Shown here one piece after another: positions 10,036 to 19,242 of a stretch of DNA of 64,000 bases. Within the stretch, counting starts at the first letter, position 1. Every line of letters starts with the position of its first letter. Position numbers and translations under genes: made by a program. Under the pieces are notes generated by a model. The model did not search any database. It had not been told where the DNA came from and saw only the letters and a program-made list of their open reading frames with translations. The DNA is from a virus. The stretch is from the IMG/VR virus record IMGVR_UViG_3300037805_000894. One strand, 5' to 3'.

Positions 10036-12185
10036 AAACACGCAAACTTATCTTTAAGGTGTATATAGAAGGCAAAGAAATTGCTTTCATAGGAGGGAAT
10101 ATGTCAGCACAAGCGGGGGCTCTATCTGCAGCTTCAGTGATAATACCTTTTTCAAGATATGCTACTCAATTGCGCCCAAGAACTATTGTTACTATAACCT
10201 ATGGATACGCAGACGATAAAGACCTTAATAATCAAATAAGAGAATATGTTTTATTTGATGGCGAAATGGTCTCTATGCGTATTGGAGGAAACTCTTCAAG
10301 TAAAACTTGTACTTTAATGTTATCGTCACCTTTATCAGCTTTGAAGCGCTATAGAAAATATGTACAAACAAATAAAAGCGCTCCGATTACCTCTGCAGCG
10401 CAGCTACACTTGGCTCCCGATAATCGAGGAGAAAAACATATAGCCATCTATAGCGTGAAAGCTGCTGAGGTACCTGGCGCTGATTCTCAAAGTAAACGCC
10501 TTCTCGAGGTAATAGGAGGCGACAAACCTTTCCCTGCCTGCTTACACGATGAAATCGCTGAAGGGATTAGAGCTAATAATATAAATAATACACCTACTAC
10601 GGTACAGGTGCATGAACAATTATATGGTTATTTAGATTCTTTTGCTATTATCGATATGCTCGACAGAGACCAAGAATGGGCAGATTTCAGGAAAAGTACT
10701 AATTTCACTACCTTTATTCAGAAGCTCGCTTTTGGCGGAGATGGAACTAGTTCGGCTGATTATTATACTTTTATGGTTTCATTGTATAACAATTTTAATT
10801 TCAACTTGACTGATATAGGAGTACCGCACTTAAGAACAATCGAAGAAACTTCGATGGAAAATTCAGTTCGTTACACCTTAGCGCCTTCTTCCGCGTTCCT
10901 CTCCCCTCCTGCTTGTAATATCCTATTGCCGGATGCTATATTAGACTCTAATATATCTATAAACTATGAACATGAGATAACACGTGCTTCTTTGGTAGCC
11001 CCTAGTGTACACACTAAAGGAGATACGGCCTATTCTGCTTACTTATATCCTGCTCCAGATTCTCTTTTCAATGAATTTGATACCGAAAAAGCTCTAGAGT
11101 TTACAGTAGATTCAACCCAATTAGATAAAGCATATGGTAATAATGAGTGGTTTTTAACTCCAAAAGGTTTTTATCAGGTGCTGCCTCCCTTCTATAGTAT
11201 GCTAGCGACGGATGCATCTTTCGATAAAACAAGGACATACATTTCAAAGTATGCTAATTTATTTTATTTGAATAGAAAGTATCAAGAGCATAGATGTACA
11301 GTATCCACTGTATTTAACCCTTCAGTGGTACCTGGGTTTACTATGGCGGTATTGGATCAAGACCAACCTTATTTTGCTTATGTGGCCTCTGTTTCACATA
11401 GTTTTTCTCCCTCTTCAGCCTCAACTTCTATACAAGGCACACACGCTTTAACACCTCTAGATTATCTTAACCCTGACTTAAGAAGTGCAAACGGTGTTGA
11501 GAAACAGATAAGCCAAAGAGAAATAGGTAAGCAGTATTTATCGCAAGGGTTCGGTCCATCTTTCTTTGACTTCTGCTTCAGCCAAACTATACTTAGCCAG
11601 ACTGCTCAAGAAAAGGGAGATAAAGATTTATCTATCGAACTCCCCTCTCTGATTGATTCTTTGTTAAAAGAACTGGGAGCTGAGAATAGGTTAGAGGAAA
11701 AAATTATATTAGAGAAAAATAAACCAGATATACTTAAAAGATTAAAAGAAGCTTCCGGTGAGAAGACGAACCCAAAAACATCGAAGATAGACGAAGGTAT
11801 TGACAGGTTAACTGGTTTAGAGATCATAATGAAACGAGTGCGAGAGGCAGGCTTATCCCAAGATGCCTTAGTGGAATATTTACGATTAAATGGAGGCAGA
11901 AAGCCTGTATTGGCCGCCAAGAAAAGGGATAATGTAGCTTGGAAAGGCGATAAACATGCTTATACTAGAAGAGGTTATTGGTTTGATGTAACTAGTTCAA
12001 ACCCTGCTTTTGCTTCGCTTTTTATACGGAGAAAAGTTGCAGAAAAATTAGCCGAGGATATTAATAATAGAGGAACTGCTCCTTATCTATCCAAAAGAGT
12101 AAATATTGAAAATTCTTTAGTTTCTTTGGTCTCGGAAGAAATAACACCAAAAACACTAAGTGAAGAGCAAGGTTTAGATAGATGA
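10032..12185 (+). CDS. putative baseplate hub protein
   Basis: KVYIEGKEI, VLFDGEMV, FNPSVVPG, YVASVSHSF pattern and operon position. Confidence 0.5.
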   Translation: MKTRKLIFKVYIEGKEIAFIGGNMSAQAGALSAASVIIPFSRYATQLRPRTIVTITYGYADDKDLNNQIREYVLFDGEMVSMRIGGNSSSKTCTLMLSSPLSALKRYRKYVQTNKSAPITSAAQLHLAPDNRGEKHIAIYSVKAAEVPGADSQSKRLLEVIGGDKPFPACLHDEIAEGIRANNINNTPTTVQVHEQLYGYLDSFAIIDMLDRDQEWADFRKSTNFTTFIQKLAFGGDGTSSADYYTFMVSLYNNFNFNLTDIGVPHLRTIEETSMENSVRYTLAPSSAFLSPPACNILLPDAILDSNISINYEHEITRASLVAPSVHTKGDTAYSAYLYPAPDSLFNEFDTEKALEFTVDSTQLDKAYGNNEWFLTPKGFYQVLPPFYSMLATDASFDKTRTYISKYANLFYLNRKYQEHRCTVSTVFNPSVVPGFTMAVLDQDQPYFAYVASVSHSFSPSSASTSIQGTHALTPLDYLNPDLRSANGVEKQISQREIGKQYLSQGFGPSFFDFCFSQTILSQTAQEKGDKDLSIELPSLIDSLLKELGAENRLEEKIILEKNKPDILKRLKEASGEKTNPKTSKIDEGIDRLTGLEIIMKRVREAGLSQDALVEYLRLNGGRKPVLAAKKRDNVAWKGDKHAYTRRGYWFDVTSSNPAFASLFIRRKVAEKLAEDINNRGTAPYLSKRVNIENSLVSLVSEEITPKTLSEEQGLDR

Positions 12186-12892
12186 CAACAGATATAGAAC
12201 TAATTTCACGCTTTAAAGAACAAGGCGATATTCAAGCAAGAAATGAGCTTGTTAAGAGGTATATGCCTATGATCAAATCACAGATTAATTTAAGATTTGG
12301 CTCTGGTACTATTATCCCGAAAACAGCTATAGAAAGCGAAGGCATAGCTCAAGTTATAAAAGCTATCGATAATTACAACCCTATGGCAGGAGCCGCCTTT
12401 AGCACCCACTTATTTAACTATTTGCGTAAGATGAGTCGTTACGTAAATACATATGGACATACTATCAGACAGAGTGAAGAGGTTTTTGGGCTGGTTAGTA
12501 AATTTAAAGAAGCGCAGAGTAAGCTTAGGAATAAGTTAAACAGAGAGCCGAGCATACCAGAAATGTCAGCTGAGTTAAAAATGTCAGAGCACCAAGTAAA
12601 CAGAATTCTACCTCAAATAAAAGATGTGCAGATAGACATGGGTTTTGATGCTGGCAAACATACCTCCACATTAATAGAAGACTATGTAGACTATACACGT
12701 ACATTTGATATGACACCAAAAGAGATCATTGTGTTTGATGGTTCGACTGGCTTCAAGGGAGCGCAAAAAAAGAAAGCTGGGGAATTAGCTAAAGAATTAA
12801 ATGTATCTCCTGCTCAAATAAGTCATATAAAAAATAAAATAGGGGATAAGCTTTCAAGTGCTTTCGCCGTTGGAGAGATAGCGAGAGACTAG
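12182..12892 (+). CDS. RNA polymerase sigma factor, sigma70 family group 3 (FliA/WhiG/SigB-like)
   Basis: GDIQARNELVKRY, AIDNYNP..GAAFSTH (region 2), LNREPSIPEMSAEL (region 3), ELAKELNVSPAQISHI (region 4 HTH). Confidence 0.85.
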   Translation: MTTDIELISRFKEQGDIQARNELVKRYMPMIKSQINLRFGSGTIIPKTAIESEGIAQVIKAIDNYNPMAGAAFSTHLFNYLRKMSRYVNTYGHTIRQSEEVFGLVSKFKEAQSKLRNKLNREPSIPEMSAELKMSEHQVNRILPQIKDVQIDMGFDAGKHTSTLIEDYVDYTRTFDMTPKEIIVFDGSTGFKGAQKKKAGELAKELNVSPAQISHIKNKIGDKLSSAFAVGEIARD

Positions 12893-12893
12893 T

Positions 12894-14708
12894 ATGGCGG
12901 CAGACCCTTTCTCGGTAGTCTATGATGAGCAAATCCGCAAAATGCGGGAAGCGCAGGCAAAGCAGGCTAAAATAGAATCTAAAAATATGTCTTTTTTAGC
13001 TAGTCAGACAAAGGAAATTGCTACATGGGGTGTAAGCCCAGACAACCCTTTAAATATCATACGCGCGACTGCTGCAGGGTTAATGAGTACTCTAAACTCT
13101 TTTTTACTTCCTCTGGGCTCAGGCGCCTTTAATGCTATAAAGACTCCTTTTGAAACTGTAGAAGCCTTAGGTAACGGGTTACAAGATTTCCTTGGAGCGC
13201 TATTGGCTCTCGACCAGATGGTAATGTATCAAATACAGCGTGTACAGAACTATAGAATGACTGCCACATTAGGTGCTATTAGATCTGCCTGCCGCGAGAT
13301 AGAGAACATCAACAACACCGTAGATGATATTTCTGCAGCGTTTGGAGGAGGTTTTAATTTAGATTCCTTGATAGATGATTGGGAGTGGCGCTTCGAAGAA
13401 GCTTACAGCATTATTGACGATGCTTTCAATGAAGATAAGGGTACAGTACATGATTCATGGGAGAACGTTGTCCCACTTTTAGAAGAGATAACGCAAGGTT
13501 CTTACAGAGGAGATAATATTGTGGCTGATTTCAGAAAGTTAGCCAACGCAGTAAACGCCTCTAAGAAAAAAACCAATGAAATGGAAAAGCTCTGGGCTAG
13601 CTTAGATAAAAATATAGAAGACAGCTTAAAGTTGTTAGCTAATATAAAAGAAGGCGCAAAGTTAAATCGAATGCTTCTACGCGCCTTAGCTAAAGCTAAG
13701 CAGAACTTAGGCGAAAGTAATGACATGCTAGGGTATTTAAAGAGTGGATGTCGCTACGACCCAAATAAAGTTTTTACTGGACTTACTAAAATATTAGGAC
13801 ATGCTGATTCATCTTTAATAGCGCTATTAAAATCACGCATTAATGATTTTAATATTGATCCAGATAATATAGATATCAGCTCTCCTTGTGTCCTTGTAGC
13901 TTACGATGCCTATTTAGATGATTTAAACTTGCTAAAAAGAAACATGTCTAATAATGCTGCCAGCGTCTCTAAGCAGAAAGTATATATTAATGCGCTTATT
14001 TCGTATGCAGTAACCGGTGACACTAAAACAAAAGAAAGTATGGATGCAGCAAAAGCAGCTACTCAAGGAAGTAAGTCGTCATGTGATTCTTTTTATGATG
14101 ACGCGTCAAGTGTTTTTGATGGTTGGAATGAGATTACGTCTGACATAGGAGAAGGAGCTTTAGGGGTGCTTGGTAACATTTCTGATATAGGAGGCTCAGT
14201 AGACGCGGCTTTAGATCTTATATTAGGCGCACAAGCTTTCGTGCTAGATACATTTGAAGATTTCTTAGCTGCTACTCCAGTAGGTAGAATGTATATGATA
14301 ATCATGCGTTGTTTAGGGGTATCACCAGAATTATTAGGAACAGGCCCATCTACTGGCTTTGACTCCGACATAGAGAATAATGTCTTGGATGGTTTAAGTA
14401 ATATGACCGCTGCCTTAGAAGGCACAGCGGCGTCCATAGCTGAAACAATGAATAGCGTATTTAGCTGGTTAAGCCAGATTGATACAGAGATAGCTGAATT
14501 TATAGCAGCCCTAATAGGCTTACTACGTTTTTGTGAAGGACATAGCTCTTTTTCGGATATAGGGGATTATGGCGGAGATTTCTCTTCGGATGCCTCTACG
14601 TCATTAAACTCAGATATGTACAATTCAATTATAGGACCAAATGATGACGGTTATTCTGCTTCCTTAGAAGACACCAAAGATGAGCACGGGGGGTGCTGCT
14701 TACGATGA
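12894..14708 (+). CDS. hypothetical helical protein in the baseplate operon
   Basis: 604-aa acidic, helical ORF, tightly packed with its neighbours. Confidence 0.6.
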   Translation: MAADPFSVVYDEQIRKMREAQAKQAKIESKNMSFLASQTKEIATWGVSPDNPLNIIRATAAGLMSTLNSFLLPLGSGAFNAIKTPFETVEALGNGLQDFLGALLALDQMVMYQIQRVQNYRMTATLGAIRSACREIENINNTVDDISAAFGGGFNLDSLIDDWEWRFEEAYSIIDDAFNEDKGTVHDSWENVVPLLEEITQGSYRGDNIVADFRKLANAVNASKKKTNEMEKLWASLDKNIEDSLKLLANIKEGAKLNRMLLRALAKAKQNLGESNDMLGYLKSGCRYDPNKVFTGLTKILGHADSSLIALLKSRINDFNIDPDNIDISSPCVLVAYDAYLDDLNLLKRNMSNNAASVSKQKVYINALISYAVTGDTKTKESMDAAKAATQGSKSSCDSFYDDASSVFDGWNEITSDIGEGALGVLGNISDIGGSVDAALDLILGAQAFVLDTFEDFLAATPVGRMYMIIMRCLGVSPELLGTGPSTGFDSDIENNVLDGLSNMTAALEGTAASIAETMNSVFSWLSQIDTEIAEFIAALIGLLRFCEGHSSFSDIGDYGGDFSSDASTSLNSDMYNSIIGPNDDGYSASLEDTKDEHGGCCLR

Positions 14709-15139
14709 GTATAGATGTAAAAATTTTCGATTTAGAACAATTCGGTGAAGATATTAAATATAGATTTAAACTATCTTCTGGTACGGGTTTAGTTACAGGT
14801 ATAGATAGATTAGCGCAGCAAGTGGCTAAAAGTCTTCTTACCACGCCAGGTACAGATAAGAGGTTCCCTTATTGGGGAGGAGGTGCCGATCAAATACCTC
14901 CAATACTCCACGATGGGGAGGAAATACTCTCAGCACACCAAAATAGTATTATGTTCGCTGTTTCCAAAGTCGAAGAAGATATAAAAAATTCCCAAGCCAT
15001 AAACCCTGTTCCCTCCGATGAGGCTCTTCACTCCTTAGAGGTAATGGATGTAGAGCTTACAGATTTGAATAAAGTGACGCTTTTTCTTAGAATAGTAACA
15101 ATCGATAAAGTATCGACACCTCTTACCTTAAGTATTTAA
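14705..15139 (+). CDS. baseplate wedge / sheath initiator (gp25-like)
   Basis: VTGIDRLAQQVAKSLLTTPGTD..PYWGGG; ATG 14705 overlaps the upstream TGA. Confidence 0.7.
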   Translation: MSIDVKIFDLEQFGEDIKYRFKLSSGTGLVTGIDRLAQQVAKSLLTTPGTDKRFPYWGGGADQIPPILHDGEEILSAHQNSIMFAVSKVEEDIKNSQAINPVPSDEALHSLEVMDVELTDLNKVTLFLRIVTIDKVSTPLTLSI

Positions 15140-15140
15140 A

Positions 15141-15368
15141 ATGCCAAATAACGCTATAAAATTCATAGGCTTCTCAGAAGCCCTTAACGATGCCTCAGAG
15201 CATTTATCAAAGAAATTAGATAAGTCTTTAGACTTTGCAGATAACATGTATATGACCCACGGGCAAGATGCCGTAGATGCTGTGAATGGTTATACTGATA
15301 AAGATGTTGCACGCGAATACGCAACTAATTTTATTATAAATCAGATGGAAGACGAAGACGAAGAGTAG
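15141..15368 (+). CDS. small acidic hypothetical protein
   Basis: 75-aa ORF within the operon. Confidence 0.55.
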   Translation: MPNNAIKFIGFSEALNDASEHLSKKLDKSLDFADNMYMTHGQDAVDAVNGYTDKDVAREYATNFIINQMEDEDEE

Positions 15369-15384
15369 AAATAGGTAAAAACTA

Positions 15385-18162
15385 GTGGCTATTAATTTAT
15401 TAAATATAGAAGACTATATTATACAACGTATAAAGGAGGTAGCTCCGGACGTAAATACTGAGCCAGGCAGCGCTATACGCGATCTCTTGGTTTCTCCCAT
15501 GATTACAATTCTACAGCCTTTAGCTAACGAAGTGCATCGTGTTAAAAAATCACAAAGTCTTTTAAACGCCACTGATTTATCAGATGAAGATATTGATGCT
15601 ATTTTAGCTAATATATTTATTGATAGAAATGTAGGCAGTAAAGCCCGAGGTATAGCTACTATTATTCTGCGGCAGCCTCAACGCGTTTATGTGCCGCAAG
15701 GAACTGTTTTTACAGGTGTGGGCGGGTTAAAGTACTATAGCACACAGTCGGTGGATAAAGGTCCAGCAGCTTTTACTGTTAATTTTGTAACGGGCCGCTA
15801 CGAAGTAGATGTACCTGTAGAAGCTTCTAATGCAGGAAGTGTTTATAATATAAACGCGGGAGAAATTACAGGTGTTGTCCTGAGCGACTCTAATGTACTC
15901 AGCGCTGTCTGTAAAGAAAGTTTTGTTGGTGGAGAAGTGCGGGAAAGTAGTGAAGCTTTGTTAGATAGAGCTAAAAGTAGCTTAGGGTCCAGAGACCTTT
16001 CGACAAAGCGAGGAGCTGTTGACATATTAAAGAGTACTTTTCCTGAGATACTTTCTGTTAATGTTGTAGGTTTCGGAAACGATGAAATGCTGCGCGATAT
16101 AATTTATGCTCCAAGTTTAAGTATAGACGGGATAGCATATCCTGAATCCGAAGGAGTTCATTTAGGCGGAAAGATAGATATTTATAGTACAATAGGCTTA
16201 ACAGAGCACGAAGTTGAAATAGCGAATCTTTCTGATATCTCGACTTTCGGCTTAAACCGCATAGGCTTATATACGGAAGGAGATAATCCAAATATTCTTT
16301 ATGAAGGAAGCTCTAGCGAATGTGGTGTAACAGAAAAACCGTTAATGGAGATAAAGTCCGTTGAAATAGCTCAATCGTCGAAAGATGCTATTCCAGGCTT
16401 AAGCACAGTTTTTTTGCGCGAAGACTTTGATTATACCTTTATTACACCTTCTCCTGGTCTAAATAATAGTATGGAAACCACACGAGAGCTGAGGTTTATT
16501 AGAGGCACAGGTACTATTCATGCTTCTTCAGTTAATAAATTTAGTTTAGATGATCTAGGCGCTATTAGTTTTTCGTTAGACAAAAATGATCAACTCTATG
16601 TTAGAAGCTCCAATAGCTCACAAGCCTTACTAATAATTGGTGTAGATGAGAGTGAAATCGACAGCTTAAAATTATTTAAGCATGATTTTGGGTCTACAGA
16701 CGGAGGTTCGTCTCTCTTTATCACTCCCTCGCAAAAGCTTGTTAGTAGTGATAGCGAAGACCCTAGCAGTCCCTTAATGAGAGGTGTACATGTTATCGCA
16801 GGCGGCAATTATTTACCCAATCTTTTATTAAACTCTACTAAAGGCTTTAGCATTACTGGTTGGTTTAATTTGGCTTCTTTGCCTGCCGTTGGCAGCAAAC
16901 ACACACTCTTTAATACATTTACGGATATAGGTCAAGACCCTTTACTGCCTGACTATAGGGATGTTTTAGATATATACGTAGATTCTGATGGCTATATTAA
17001 TTATAACACCATAAGTAACGGGTATGCGCAAGAGAATAAGACAAAAACACCTATCTTTAAAGATTATGTAGACGCAGATATGTCAGAGGCTAATTGGGTA
17101 TTTATAAGTTTTATTTATGATATAATTCGGGATAAAAAAATAATATATTTTTCTAACATACAGAATACAGATATTTATGAAGTGCCTCTTGATTATGCTA
17201 CTTTTTCATTAGCGCCTATACATAATTCGACAATGGTGGCTTCTATCAGTATAGGTACGGGTTTAAATAGTGAAACAAGCGCAACGACTATTTATAATGG
17301 TTTAATAGATGGGCTTCAGTTCTATGGAACGCCTCTTTCTTTCGTCGAAAATCAAACAATCAAAAAAAATCAAGGCTCTTTAAATACTTATGGTTTAGAG
17401 GATTCTGCTTTATGTAATATTCCAGAAGCGCTCGAGGCTATTTTTGATCAGTATCCAGGTTACGGTTTATTAGGAGGTCAAATTCTAATGCTTACGGGAG
17501 GAGCAGCTGGTAATGTATTTGCTGTCACAGACTGCGTAACCCCCTTTATTAACGATGGAAGGGCGCTTGATATAACAATAACAGGGACAGGCTCTTGCCC
17601 AGTTACAAAAATAAAAGATGATGACAGATATGCCTTTCTTCCGGCTCCGCTTTATATAAATAACCAAAAGCTTACAACTAATTTATTGGGCGATATAGAA
17701 TACGGAAATACCTTAACAACTGAAGGAGAAATTCCTATAGGTGTGGGTGTAAAAATTATTTATGACGCAGCAAAGGACATAAGTGATATACAAGATTTTA
17801 TTAACTTAAATGACACAAGGCCAGCAAATGCTGATATCCTCGCTAAACACACAGCGCCTATTTATGTAAGTGGTAGTATAGATATAGCCACGGATCAACT
17901 TATCTCATCTGAAGAGTTAAAAGAAGAAGTTAATAGATATATATATTCTATAGGCACTGGAGGTGCCTTCTCTATAGTAGCCCTTATTAATCATTTATTC
18001 GAGGCTAATATAAAAGGATTACGCTTGCCTCTTGATGAATTGGTCTTCACCTCAAGAGACATTTATTTTAAGCGTGTAGTTATCGAAGGCATCGAAGATG
18101 AAGTACAGGCGGGTAATTCACAGTACTTTGTCATGGCTGATTTAGTTATCAACGTTCTATAG
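15385..18162 (+). CDS. baseplate J-like wedge protein with inserted LamG-like domain
   Basis: PGSAIRDLL, R..GSKARG, VPQGTVF, VEASNAGSVYNINAGEI, GGEVRES; internal FSITGWFN...WVFISF...IDGLQFY. Confidence 0.8.
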   Translation: MAINLLNIEDYIIQRIKEVAPDVNTEPGSAIRDLLVSPMITILQPLANEVHRVKKSQSLLNATDLSDEDIDAILANIFIDRNVGSKARGIATIILRQPQRVYVPQGTVFTGVGGLKYYSTQSVDKGPAAFTVNFVTGRYEVDVPVEASNAGSVYNINAGEITGVVLSDSNVLSAVCKESFVGGEVRESSEALLDRAKSSLGSRDLSTKRGAVDILKSTFPEILSVNVVGFGNDEMLRDIIYAPSLSIDGIAYPESEGVHLGGKIDIYSTIGLTEHEVEIANLSDISTFGLNRIGLYTEGDNPNILYEGSSSECGVTEKPLMEIKSVEIAQSSKDAIPGLSTVFLREDFDYTFITPSPGLNNSMETTRELRFIRGTGTIHASSVNKFSLDDLGAISFSLDKNDQLYVRSSNSSQALLIIGVDESEIDSLKLFKHDFGSTDGGSSLFITPSQKLVSSDSEDPSSPLMRGVHVIAGGNYLPNLLLNSTKGFSITGWFNLASLPAVGSKHTLFNTFTDIGQDPLLPDYRDVLDIYVDSDGYINYNTISNGYAQENKTKTPIFKDYVDADMSEANWVFISFIYDIIRDKKIIYFSNIQNTDIYEVPLDYATFSLAPIHNSTMVASISIGTGLNSETSATTIYNGLIDGLQFYGTPLSFVENQTIKKNQGSLNTYGLEDSALCNIPEALEAIFDQYPGYGLLGGQILMLTGGAAGNVFAVTDCVTPFINDGRALDITITGTGSCPVTKIKDDDRYAFLPAPLYINNQKLTTNLLGDIEYGNTLTTEGEIPIGVGVKIIYDAAKDISDIQDFINLNDTRPANADILAKHTAPIYVSGSIDIATDQLISSEELKEEVNRYIYSIGTGGAFSIVALINHLFEANIKGLRLPLDELVFTSRDIYFKRVVIEGIEDEVQAGNSQYFVMADLVINVL

Positions 18163-19186
18163 TTGTTATAGGTAAAAAGTAAGAAGCTGCGAGTAATCTT
18201 ACCATCTCGTTTTTGCTCGTACTGGCTATTCTTTTGAACTGGTTTTGCGTAAGCTTGCTCCTTTTAAATTTACTGTAAGCTTTAACTGACTTTCTAGTTA
18301 GCCTTATAGCCCCTCCTTGCTGAAAAGCCTCACATAAACATTTAAGATCCATCAGCTCAAAATGCTCCCCACAAGCGCGTAGTGCTATTTTATTATTAAT
18401 AAAGTCAATAATGGACACTCTTTTGTCTCTACTGATAAAAGGTATTATTTGAGGGTAGAGTAAAGCAGCTACTACCGTTGGACCTACAATCTGCATATAC
18501 CACGCGAACTTCTGAGGCGCTGTTACATAAACATAAGGCCCGAAGCAGTTTACAGCAAGCTGTTCATTTTCAGTATGGAAAGGCACCAAAATATTAGACA
18601 GTATATTTATAAAGTAAGTGTGCGATCTATAAACCTGCCTTGTATACTCATCAGGGCGCTCCTTATAATAAACTGTTTCTTTAAGCACTTTAGATTGTAT
18701 ACATTTTGTCGGTTCTTCTAGAGGAGTGTAAGTAAATATATCAGGAGTATTCATGTTGCAAACAGCTATAGAGCCTAAACGAGCTCTATGTTTCAGAAAA
18801 CGCACGCATAGTTTCACATGTTCTATATATTGTGTTGGTACTTCATCATAGTCAATCTTAGACAGCACACTTTCGATAGATGTCACTGCTACGCTTAAAC
18901 TATTAAAAGGGTTAGCTGTTCCCTTGCAGGTATCTAATAGAGTAATATAGTCTTCCAAAGACACAGCGGGAGAACCGCCTACGCCTATCGTAATTTCTTC
19001 AAGCGTCGTAGCTCGTAGAACTAAAGCGTTAGTTATTCTTATACACTTCTGCGCCTTTGGTATTAAAGATGCAAGGGTTTTTAAAGAGTCATCGAAAAGC
19101 TGTTGATTATCTGTACGCAATAAAAAGTTTATATCTTTATTAATGTTCCACCGATACAGATTCTTCTTTTTAGTTACTGTTTCCAT
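18149..19186 (-). CDS. hypothetical protein, opposite strand to the structural genes
   Basis: 345-aa ORF; CATAAT box 5 nt before ATG. Confidence 0.65.
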   Translation of the reverse strand: METVTKKKNLYRWNINKDINFLLRTDNQQLFDDSLKTLASLIPKAQKCIRITNALVLRATTLEEITIGVGGSPAVSLEDYITLLDTCKGTANPFNSLSVAVTSIESVLSKIDYDEVPTQYIEHVKLCVRFLKHRARLGSIAVCNMNTPDIFTYTPLEEPTKCIQSKVLKETVYYKERPDEYTRQVYRSHTYFINILSNILVPFHTENEQLAVNCFGPYVYVTAPQKFAWYMQIVGPTVVAALLYPQIIPFISRDKRVSIIDFINNKIALRACGEHFELMDLKCLCEAFQQGGAIRLTRKSVKAYSKFKRSKLTQNQFKRIASTSKNEMVRLLAASYFLPITTIER

Positions 19187-19242
19187 ATGATATTATGCCA
19201 TGACTTTCTAAGTATTTATGTAATTGCTATAATAAATGTAGA

